Shown one piece after another: positions 34,701 through 46,202 of a DNA stretch of 64,000 nt. The stretch is taken from the NCBI RefSeq assembly GCF_009914755.1, contig NC_060947.1. One strand, written 5' to 3'. Numbering within the stretch: position 1 is the stretch's first letter; each line of letters starts with the position of its first letter. The stretch is from the human T2T-CHM13v2.0 reference genome, Homo sapiens. Under the pieces are notes generated by a model that had not been told where the DNA came from, searched no databases, and saw only the letters and a program-made list of their open reading frames with translations. Made by a program: the position numbers and the translations under genes.

Positions 34701-35399
34701 TTAAATAAAGGGCACAGAGAATATAACAGTACCTAGTTCCCAGGGTTGTTATTGGGACTAAATGGGGAAATGTTGAATGTAAAAGCACCTGGCTCAGGGA
34801 CTTGCCCATATTAGGTGCTGAATACATGGCAGATATTATTATTTCTCCTGTCTCTTTGCTCTTCCTCCCTCTGCTTTGTTTCTTGTCTCTCTTCTTTTTC
34901 CTCCTCTTTAAAAGAATTGTGGTAGGGAAGAGGCACTGAAAATGGGCTGTGGTTGCTTGTGACTTCCTGGCCTCCCATTAAAATGAGCTAGAGAGAGACT
35001 TTCAGGCAAGCGTAAAGAAATCCTGGAAACATGGCTCCTATCCTGTGGATTCAGCTTTACGGGGATCTTCGCCAATGCCTGGCTGAGAGGCGGTCTCAGG
35101 GGGTTGAGAACTCTATTCTTAGAGGTCTGGTATCTGGGAGACTGAGAAAGCCTTTCTTAAGTCTCCCTGCTGGGCCACGCTGTATTCACAGATCATCTTC
35201 AACTCCTTCTTCTTCCCCACCTACTCCTTCGCCCTCACCTCCTTGGCTTATCTCTTGCTAGAAAATGCACCAAGCTCCAATCTCCGTTCCTTTTAGCTTC
35301 CTCCCTGAGAAGACACTGTGACCTCGCTGTCCTTGTTCGTGTTACCATGGAGAGGTAGGAGGATAAATATCGCTTCCAGTTGTCAGCTTTTTTGTTTTC

Positions 35400-36800
35400 T
35401 CCTTTCCCTCTTAGACAGCCCCCAGCCCCAATCCCAGTACCCGTTTCACCACCCTCCCCTGGAGAATTAGCATAACCGGAGTAAATAGGTAATCAAGCAG
35501 TGTGCTTGCAAGCCTTAATTTTGGGACAGATAAGGAAGTGAAATTGATTGGAATTATACCTGCCGCTGCTGGAGGCTGAGGGAGGCGGCCGCCGGAGGCG
35601 AGGCCAGCTCTGTCGGCCCAGGGCCCCGCCCCACCCCCTCCTTCCTCCCTCCTCCTTCTCAGCCCCACCCTTCTCCACCTCCTCCCACTTTGCACTCTCC
35701 TCTAGCGGCCGCCTGTCCTTTTTAAGGAACTCCACCCTAGGTGGAGTCCTCACGATAGTCACACCTCTCCTTTGGGCCTAGCAGGGCCAGAGAAAGACGG
35801 AATCACTCTACCCACTCAGGTTGCCCAGAGAGCACTTTAGGTTCTGACTCGCGTGGGGCGCGAGGTACCCCGTGGGGCAGCTAGGTGCCTCCAAGAAACC
35901 CCGCCCCAGAGGACCCGCACGAGTTGCTGCCATTTTTCGCTGAAGCCCCTGCCCTGGGGCTGGTGTTCTTCTCTATGATTCTACCAATCGTCGGCATTTT
36001 TTTCCTCCCTTCTTTCTTTTTAGGAAGGCGCTGGGGTGTGCGGCGGCAACGGCGGCGGTGAAGGGATCCTCTTGTGGTATCTCCTCGTGGGTTCCTGTCT
36101 TGAAGGATTTCTTCTCCGCCTCAACTTTATGTTCAAGTAGCGCTTTGGGGGTTGGGTTGGTTTTCATAGCCCCCACCCCCGGCCCTCTCCTTTTAAAGGG
36201 TGTGTGGAGTTCAGAGGATGGGTGGAGAGCGGGCTTGGCCGGAACTGAATTGGTAGAGGTAAAAGGGGAACGGAGGACCTTAAGCTCTGGCCACTTCGGC
36301 CCAGCGAACCCACTTTATTTTTGTCCAAGGAAAAGCTGCAGGGGGGAGGATTCTTTTTAGGAAGTCTACTCTGCCGGCCCCTGATTTTTGGGTTGGATGC
36401 TTGAGAGCTTTGTTTCCCTTGTTCCGAGAGTGGCCCAGCTGGGTCTGAATCGACTCCCTCCCCTTTCGACCCCCTCCTCATTTTCCAGCCCGGAGAAATA
36501 GGGGAGTGGGGGCCCAAGAACGAGAAGACGAGAACGCGTCGCCCTGCGCTATGTCAGAATGGGGCGGGTGTGAGGGGAACAGCTCTCTTGCGATCAGCTC
36601 AGGAGTATGAGCCTCCCGGAGGACGGCATGAGTTCTGGACACTTCAGGAGTCCTCAGCTAGTGACATGGTCGGTAAGTGACTCTGGGACTAATACCCACC
36701 CACTCCCACCTCTTTCGTCTAGATTCTATCCCCCTCCCAGTCCCCCTGCTCCCCCCACACACCCCACTTGGGGTTTCAGCAGTGGGGGCGGGAGCGGAAG
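35400..36800 (+). promoter_or_regulatory. KLF8: KLF8 CpG-island promoter and 5'UTR region
   Basis: Only non-repeat CpG-dense stretch in the window. GC boxes (35624, 35899, 36562), many CACCC boxes, AGATAA directly followed by GGAAGT (35528-35539), YY1-like GCCATTTT (35929), CCAAT (35984). The TSS cannot be fixed from sequence. Confidence 0.9.
36666..36672 (+). CDS. KLF8: KLF8 coding exon 1 (ATG GTC G; M-V-first base of D)
   Basis: gacATGG Kozak context followed by donor G|GTAAGT at 36673. Joining to exon 2 AT gives MVDMDKLINN, the recalled human KLF8 N-terminus. Confidence 0.93.
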
Positions 36801-38747
36801 GTTAAGAACACTATGTGGAATCAAATGAAACTCAAGGGAAAATGACTTTGCTAAAGGGCTGGGCAAAGAAAGGCCAAGAAGGAGAGGAGAGAGCTTGGTG
36901 GAAGAAGTGAAAGGGGGCAAGAATGGATGGATTTGTCTAGTCTAGTCTCCCCTGGCTCGGCACTCCCAATACTCCTTAAGCGGTAAGGATTGTCTTTGAC
37001 TTAACCCCACACAGCCAAAGTCACAACCAGAGAGAACAGGATTCACAAGGCCAAAGCTCCCAGGTAACCCCCTGAAGCCATAGCGGGTACCTAGAGAAGC
37101 TTCTGAAAAGAAGGAGGAGGGGACAGTGGTTTAAGGTGCAAAGTTAGGCTATTGGAGGCACAGAGTGAGGCCTGGAAGCAGCTGCGGGGGAGGAGCTGCT
37201 TTGGGCGTGCCAGCTCTTTAAGGAGGGGCTGAGCTTGGTTGGAGAAGGAAGCCAGAGCCTAGGCTCTGCTCCGGCCCTTTAAGACGTGGCCAAGGCAGTT
37301 GGTTCGTCTGTGTAGGTGGAAGACTGACTGGGCCGAGTTGCTGTGATTGCTGAAGTGAATCCATTTGTTTAGCCACTTGGCGGAGCTGTCTTTTTGTGGG
37401 CTTTTTTTTTTAACCCTAAGAATTTGGGAAAAAATAAATCACATCCAAACAGGTGGCCAAAGGCACCATGTCTTATTTCTTTTGGTATTATATTCATCGT
37501 GAAGAAACGCATTTATTAAGCACCTGTCACCCAGTGTGGTAATAATTGAGCAAAAAGAATAATCTTTAAATTTGGATTTGAAACTGATGGAGATTGCCAT
37601 GGTTTGGGGTAATCTGCTTTGAAACCCTAGTATCACCACTTATTAGCTGCATCACCCTGGGCCTTGCTTTTCTCTTCCATAGAATGCAGATTAATAATTC
37701 TATCTCAGTAGATACTCGGGTGGATGAAATATCTTGTGTATGTGGCAGAGGCTGCCACTTGTATCTTAGTTCAACTTCCCTTTTCTACTCAGTTTGGAAC
37801 TATTTTTCTGGACCACTGCTGATAAAATTAGTGTTTTTCTGTCCTTAAAACACCTTCCAGATGTGGTAAAACGAAACTTAGGAAGACTGAATTAGTTTGT
37901 CCAAAGGCTGAGGCTAGAACACGGGTTTTATTTGCTTCTGATTTAACATTGTTTCCACCAGACTTCATCACTTCTGAAAGAAAGGGCTACTAGCCTGCCT
38001 TTTCTCTCATTCTTTGGGCAACTTAACCAGAATGATATAACCAACAGGACTTTTGGACAACAGAAACAAGTGATAGGTAAATGACCTCATCCCATTCTTC
38101 AGAGTTATGGGGAAGCCCTTGAGAGTTGTTGACCTTTGGTGACTGCTGGGGACACAGAGAATGGGTGGGGAGCAATGTCTTCAGGTAAGCCTGGAGGGCA
38201 GACAGGCAGAAAACATAGGAAGAGTAGAAATAATAACCTCAAAAGTAAAAATGACAGGTGCATCTATGTAGTCCACCCTCAAGACCAACTTACTTAATGG
38301 CTGTACCTTCAGAGCCCTCAGGAGCTATACATCCCTCTTGTTTAGACTTTTCAGGGCACATTGGAAATTGGGAAAAAAATAACCATGTAGCAGACTACCA
38401 TCACCACTCTCATTGTTCTAATACATGCATTTCTGAGGTGGGGTTCTCATTGGCTAAGTGAATTCCAATAACCAAAGTAGCAAACAGAGCCTAGTCATTT
38501 TTGATCTTGCCAGATTGTCTGTGCCTGGTGCGGTGGGGGCAGTATATGATCTTCTAAGATCTAGCTTTACAATGCCATGATTTTGTGAATGAAGGAAAAC
38601 TTAATTAGGATGATTGACATAGATGATCATCTAGTATGATTACCATCTTATTGTTAAGTAGAGTATGAATAAGGGAATAACATTGTAGTATTGGGCTCAT
38701 TTGTTTATTCAAAGACAGTGTGAGATCATGTTTGGTATTCTTCCTGA

Positions 38748-39046
<299 letters not shown>

Positions 39047-39989
39047 TCTTCCTGATTTTTATATGCTAATGTTTACTATCCTCAACTGAGTTTCATCATT
39101 TAGCCTGTTTCCTCATCTCTAAAATGACATGATAATTTGTGATTATAAATAATGTAAGGAAAGCATTGAACTCAGTGCCTGATATCTAATATGTTTCATA
39201 AGTTGCGGTCTCATCATTTTTGTTATTTAAAAAAATTTGTTTTATTTAAATGCTGCTGTGTGTTTGCAGAAGTGGAATGTAGATTAGTGGACAGGAAGCT
39301 GGATTTAAATATATGAAAGGTGCTAGATGTTCTGTATAATATACTAAAAGATGTTATTTGTGTATTTAGACAAAATAGATGTGATGTGGGCAAACTAAGC
39401 TCTAGGATTATTAAGGAGCAATAACCTAACTCAAGAGCCCAATCCAGATATTTCAAATCACTAGCAATTTGACATTTTGTTGTAACCTCACACTCACCAT
39501 TTCTAATATACAGCCCATCATCACCTCTGGACTCTTCACTCATTCCTCATTCAAGACTCTTCCTTTCACTTCCCTGGTTCTGCAACTTACTATGACCATA
39601 GTAATGGTGAACTTATTTAAACTCTGTACTTTAGTTGTCATATCTGTGCATTGAGGATAATAATAGACACTACCTCATAAGGTTGCTGTGAGGAATAAGT
39701 GTGTTAATTTTGTAAACACTTAGAAGGCGGCATGAAAGTGAAGCAGTGGGAAAATGTAGCTGTTGTGGTACTCATGTCCCTTTCCCCTCTTCCTCATTTT
39801 CTCATTTAATTAGATGCCAATGGCTGTTGTATTTTTTCCCCTTTGTATCTGGTATCTGTTTCTTTATTATTATTCTAACTGCCACCACCTTAATTTAGGC
39901 GAGACGTGCAAACAATTAGCCTACAGACCAACTAAAGCTCACACGTGTTTTGTTTTCCCTAAAATTTAAAAACTTTCAACTAAAACATG

Positions 39990-40176
39990 CATTTTCAATT
40001 GGTAATGCATTCCGCCTGGCTCAAAATTCAGTATTTACTAAAGGGTGCATGGTGAAAAAAGTCTCCCTCCTATTCCTGTTCTCTAGCCACCCATTTTGCC
40101 TCGCTGGAGGCAACTAATGTTATCTATTTATTAGGAATCTCTCCAGGGATATTTAGTGTATATCAAGCAATGAGTA

Positions 40177-40217
<41 letters not shown>

Positions 40218-40737
40218 AACATTGTAGTATTGGGCTCATTTGTTTACTCAAAGATAATGTGAAATCATGTTTGGTTTTCTATAGATAGATAGATGGATAT
40301 ATATATATATATATATATGGTTCAGTATCTTCTGATTATTCAAAAGAAACTGGAATTCTAGGAATTTAAGTGAAATCTGATTTTGAAATACTGGTTATCA
40401 ATCAACTTTTAAAAGTGTGGGACTAGGCAACTTGACATACTGACATGAACTGAATTGTGACCCCCCCATCCCCCCCAAAAAAATTCATACATTGAAGACC
40501 TAATACCTAAGCTTGTGACTGTATTTGGAGATAGGGCCTTTAGGAAAGAAATTAAGGTTAGATGAGCTCATATTATATATAATACATATATAATATTAGT
40601 ATATATGTAAGTACCACAACAACTATATTTTCTCACTGCTTACTTCACTTTCATGCCTTCTTCTAAGTGTTTACAAAATTAACACACTTATTCTTCACTG
40701 CAACCTTATGAGGTAGTTTCTATTATATATATATGTG

Positions 40738-40768
<31 letters not shown>

Positions 40769-41030
40769 ATATATATATCCCCTTCACCTTTTATACACAG
40801 ATAGTAACACATTCTGCATATTGTTCTCTACAACTTGCTTGTCTACTTAAAAATATACTTTGGAGATATTTTCATATATGCACATTTTTTAAATGCCTCA
40901 TTCTTTTTTATGACTGCATAGGTTTTTACTATATGCATGAGCCACAAATTTTTAAACAGTTTTCTGTTGATTGATCTTTAAGTTATTTCCAAACTTTTGC
41001 AGTGTTATTTGTAATAACAATAAAAACTTT
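39990..41030 (-). mobile_element. Ancient L1ME-type 3' fragment split by a composite insert (40180-40778)
   Basis: Diverged L1ME motifs on both sides (AAGTCTCCCTCC...GAGGCAACTAATGTTA; TTTTATACACAGATAGTAACAC...TTGGAGATATTTTCATAT). Confidence 0.65.
40180..40778. repeat. Mosaic of three locally duplicated segments joined by TG/TA microsatellites
   Basis: 40214-40280 is a direct copy of 38675-38741. 40318-40572 is an inverted copy of 41316-41870 without its Alu. 40610-40726 is an inverted copy of 39660-39772. Confidence 0.92.
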
Positions 41031-41039
41031 TGTAAGCAG

Positions 41040-41440
41040 TGCATTAGAGAGCTCAGGCTGCCATAACAAAATACCATTGACTGAGTGGCTTAAACAACAG
41101 AAATGTATTTTCTCACAGTTCTGGAGGCTGGGAGTCCATGATCAGGGTGCCAACATGGTCAGATTTTCATGAGGACTCTCTTTCTGACCTGTAGAAGGCC
41201 ACCTTTTCACTTTGTACTCATGTGATCTTTGTACAAATGGGAGGAGAAAGAGTGAATTCTCTCTGGTGTGTCTTCTTAGAAAGACACTAATCCTATCAGA
41301 TCAGAACCTCACCTTTATGAGCTCATTTAACCTTAATTTCTTTCCTAAAGGCCCTATCTTCAAATATAGTCACTAGGTTAGGTCTTCTACCTATTAATTT
41401 TTTTTTGGAGAGTGGACACAACACAAGTCAGTTCATAGCA
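41040..41440 (-). mobile_element. MLT1 (MaLR) solo LTR
   Basis: GGCTGCCATAACAAAATACCA...GTGGCTTAAACAACAGAAAT...TCTCACAGTTCTGGAGGCTGGGAGTCC. Confidence 0.88.
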
Positions 41441-41530
41441 GTGTGTCAAATTGCCTAGTCCCACACTTTTAAAAGTTGGTTGATTGCCAATATTTCAAAA
41501 TCAGATTTCCCTTAAAATTCTAGAATTCTA

Positions 41531-41822
<292 letters not shown>

Positions 41823-44263
41823 AATTCTTCAATTCCAGTTTCTTTTGACTAATCAGAAGATACTGAACCAGCATTCTCTCTTGGCAATAATTGCCTAGAG
41901 TTGATGAGCCTCTCCCTCCCTCCCCTTTAAAACAGTACTTGTATTTTTTGTTCACCACATTACTCATCTGGCCTAGGTGGCCTTAACCTGTCTGACCCCT
42001 AGTCTAGATATTGAGATTATGGCACCTATGTAAGCTCTTACCGCAGTACTCATAGAATATTCCAATAGCTTCTAGTTCTACTTTGATTCTTTCTGCCCTC
42101 TCTACTCTGAGGACCACTGCAAGGATATATTCCTTAAAACACTTTTAAAAATTATGTTACTCTCCTTCACTCCACAGTCATTTACTGGGTGTCTACAAAG
42201 TTGGAAGCATCATGCTAGAAGCTGAGGTGATAGTGGTAAACTTACCACTTTAGGTTAGGTAAACTATCAGTTTAGGTGGGACCCTTGCCTTCATGGAGTA
42301 TGCAGTTTACTTTTCCTCTCGTCTGGATTTCCTTTCTGTTTCTTCTTGACTGTCGTAGTTCTTCAAAGCCCACCTCAAAGCAAACCATTTATTTGAAATT
42401 TTCTCTGACTATTCCATTCTCAGTAATCTCCTCCTCTCCCAATTATTGCTCATAGCCTCAAATCATAATCCAGCAATGCAGCATCTATTATCTTGTAATA
42501 TTTGATTGCTATTATTTTATGCATAATTGTTTCTCATCACACGGACCTGGGATCTCAAACTTAAATCTCCAGGGCCCAGTAAAATGAGAAAAGCATGCCC
42601 TGTCTAAAGGGGACAGCTGTTGATCATCTCCAGCTAATTTTTCCCTTGTGCCAATGTACACTCTGTATTATAAAATCTCTCAGCTTTTTTAGAAAAGCAA
42701 GAAATAGGATTTTTTTCTTAAAACATGAAATCTGCATTTGAAAGGTTGTTAGATGTTTCTGTTTTAATCTTTAACATCACTATGAGAACCAGGCCAACAT
42801 CTGCAGTGGGCTGCCAGTTTTCTCTATCTGACCTAGACTGCAAATTTACTGAGGATAGAGGCCAGAGACCATGAAGTTTTCTTCCTTCTGGTATTACCTC
42901 CTCCCTCCTTCCCACATAATATCTACTACAGTGTTGACTATTTAGTAGGGTCTTGGTAAAGACTTGATTATCATCAGAAAGTTCCCCTTTAAGTTAACCA
43001 TGATGTCCTGTAAATGACATAGTAGTTCTACTTTCTCCAAATACCTAAATGTGCCTTTGAAGACAATTATCAGGCCAGCTTTCTTTTTCCCTGTCCCCCT
43101 TTTTGCCAGATGTAATCATCTACATTTCTTGATCTAGCTCCATTTTGTTTTCTTTTAAAAAAATTGGTTATTTCTCTAGTTTCTTTCATTTTTTTCTGCA
43201 TTTCTCTTCTATTTGCCATTTTTCTTGAAATATTGTACATCACAAATAAAGTACAGTATCTTCAGAAAGGTCTACATGATGCTGAGCATATATTTAAGTT
43301 TGATTATTTGGAGCTAATTATTCCATCTCTTGTTTCTTCCTATACGTTCAATGATGCGGTTGTTTCATCTTCAGTTAGAATGGGCGGGGATGTGATGTGA
43401 ATATATTTATTTCTTGTTTGTTAAACTAGTTCTGATAAATATACATAACAGTTGGTGCTAAAAGAATAATAACATACTTATTCCTTAATTTTGTAGCTAG
43501 ATCCTAGAATAGATGTGTAGCGTTGAATTGGCTACTGCATTAACCTCACTTTCTGGAGCTCTACAAACTGAAATGGTCCAAGACTCTTCTAGGATGCCTT
43601 GTCTTGGTGCTCCTGAGCCACTGCTCAGGCAGTGAGTAGAAAAGTTATTCAAGAGCCAAGGTCTCTTCCCTTAAGTACCTGTTGCACAAAACATGGATGA
43701 GGACCAATTGTATTGTTACAAATTATTTGTGGTTGCCACACTACCACCATGTTTAATTTATTGGAGGAGATTGTTGCATGAAATAAAGGTATGAAGTAAT
43801 GAAGAGGATCACATGAGATGTTACATAATGATTCAGAGCAATGAGTTTTTGCTGCTGTGGCTCTTTGTCCCTTAGTGCCATGCTGGAGTTGTAATTCCTA
43901 GAGGTTTTGTTTTATAATTAACATAATAATTAGTGGGAATCTTTTAATACTCTGTACATATATTCAATATTAGAGTTTGCTGCAAAGATATAAAAACACC
44001 TTCATTATTATTATTTTCAACTCTAACAAACTATTTCAAAGTACAGGGTAGTAGCAAGTACTTTAAGGAAAAAAAAAGAGCTTTGGTATCAAACATCATA
44101 CCTGGATTCCAATCCCAGCTCAATAATTTACCAGTTTATGTGACCTTGGGATTATTTAATCCCATTGACTCTATTTCTTCATGTGTATAGTGGGATCAAC
44201 AGTAATACCTACCTCACAGGGCAATTGTGAAAATTAAATATGTCCCATTAGAAATGCCATGAA

Positions 44264-44335
44264 GTGTGGCACACGTTTACCTATGTAACAAACCTGCACG
44301 TCCTGCACATGTACCTCAAACTTTAAAATTAAAAA
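44264..44335 (+). mobile_element. Extremely 5'-truncated L1PA (~70 bp)
   Basis: GGCACACGTTTACCTATGTAACAAACCTGCACGTCCTGCACATGTACC; perfect 14-bp TSD AGAAATGCCATGAA (44250-44263, 44336-44349). Confidence 0.93.
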
Positions 44336-44509
44336 AGAAATGCCATGAAATGATATATCTGGGATTTGCATAAAAATATACATTGAGGTAGGGGGAGTGG
44401 GTTGAGGTACAGATGAAACAAGGTTTACCATTAGCTGAAAATCATTGAATCTGAGAGTAGGCGCATGGGGTTTTTGTCTACTTTTGTATGCATTTAAAAT
44501 CACCCATAA

Positions 44510-44798
44510 TTTTTTTTTGAGATGGAGCCTCGCTCTTTCATGCAGAGTGGAGTGCAATGGCATGATCTCAGTTCACTGCAACTTCCACCTCCTGAGTTAA
44601 AGTGACTCGTGCCTCAGCCTACCAAGTGGCTGGGACTACAGGCATGTGCCACCACACCTGGCTAATTTTTGTATTTTTTAGTAGAGATGGCATTTCACCA
44701 TGTTGGTCAGGCTGGTCTCAAACTCCTGACTTCAAGTGATCCACCCGCCTTGGCCTCCCAAAGTGCTAGGACTACAGGCATGAGCCACCGCACCCAGT
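44510..44798 (-). mobile_element. AluS
   Basis: Full dimer. Confidence 0.94.
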
Positions 44799-46202
44799 CA
44801 TTCATAGTAATTTTTTAAATGCCATTGGAATGAGACTCAAGTTTACCTGATGGTTTGTAGAAAACTTAATCCTTCTTGACATCAATCTCACAGGTTAAGC
44901 AGAAACCTGAGATGATTATTATGGATTTTCCATCTATGTCCTTGTAATAAAATCATATATCATAGAATGTTATAAACTGGAAGGGATCTGAAAAGGACTA
45001 AGTAGTTTACTCAAAATGACACTGCTAGACAACAGTGAAGCCTGATCTAGAATACAAGTCTCCCAGATCCTAGTTAAATGATTTTCCCATTGTTTCACAT
45101 GGCCTTCTTTAATAGTAAGAGTTTTATCTGCTTATTGCATATAAGATTAATTATTGTCTAAACATAAATATATTTGTTCAATGGAGATTCAAGGCAAGGG
45201 GACTGGTTCTAGGCATCTGAGATTATGTTTCTATAATACCTTTAAATCTGTTTTGTCAATTGATTCTTACAAGTATCTTGTGAGGTGAATGAGGAGTTAT
45301 TTCCACTTTCTACATAAAGTGACGAGACTTGCTCAAGGTCACACAACAATTTACTGATTAAACTAGAACTAAAATGCAGGCCTGGAGTTTATTGAGCTTC
45401 ATCTCCACTTGTATTTCCAGTTTTAGACTTTTATCATAATTCCTCTTAGCTTTCATCTTTTTCCAGAATGAGGAATCTTAATCTCTAGCACATTCCAAGG
45501 TAATTTTTCATTCTGGCGTATTTATTTTCTTTTTGTGGAAAAGAAAATGTAGCTTAACATCAGCGTCTGAGAGAAGCGCAACTGGCTGAAAGCACTGGAG
45601 GCTATGCAGGTGATATTGTAGAACATGAACTCATAGGAGAATGGAGATAAAGATATCAAAAATCATACATAAGTTTGTTACTGGAAATGGTTTACATCTT
45701 AAGTATGTGACCGTATTTATGTACTTTTAAAATTTTTCTGACAGAAGTAATCCTAAAAACTTATATGGCTATTTTATCTTTACATCTTATAAGATATTTT
45801 TACATGTGTTATCATGATTGGTCTTCCTAACAGCCATGAGTGGGGAGGGCTACACTGGTGTATTCCCATTTTTCAAAGGAGAAAACAGACATAGAAAGGT
45901 CAAATGACTTGCCCAAAGTTATAAATCCCTTTTCTGGTATTTCTTATCACCTTATATTTTCAATACCTTATATGACTTCACTACTTCAAGTTTAGCTGGC
46001 TGTTGTAGTAATCATGTAATACTAGATTTCAGTCTTTCTGTCACTGTCGTTCATACATGTTATGTGCTGCCAGCCTTCATTTATTTTTGTGGCAATATGT
46101 TTTCTCCTCTTAAATTCTGTTCTTTTTAACATCCTAGTTTGCCCCCACTTCCTTTTCTCTCATTCCAGGTAAGCTAAGCAGGAAAACTACAGGGGTTTTC
46201 TG

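Noticed and set aside
35031-36517. Multiple overlapping ORFs in the CpG island
   Set aside because: Mostly non-ATG starts and low-complexity Pro/Gly/Arg content expected of GC-rich DNA.
36673-36828. Read-through part of the 73-aa ORF 36607-36828
   Set aside because: It runs past the strong GTAAGT donor into intron 1; only the exonic 22 codons are credible.
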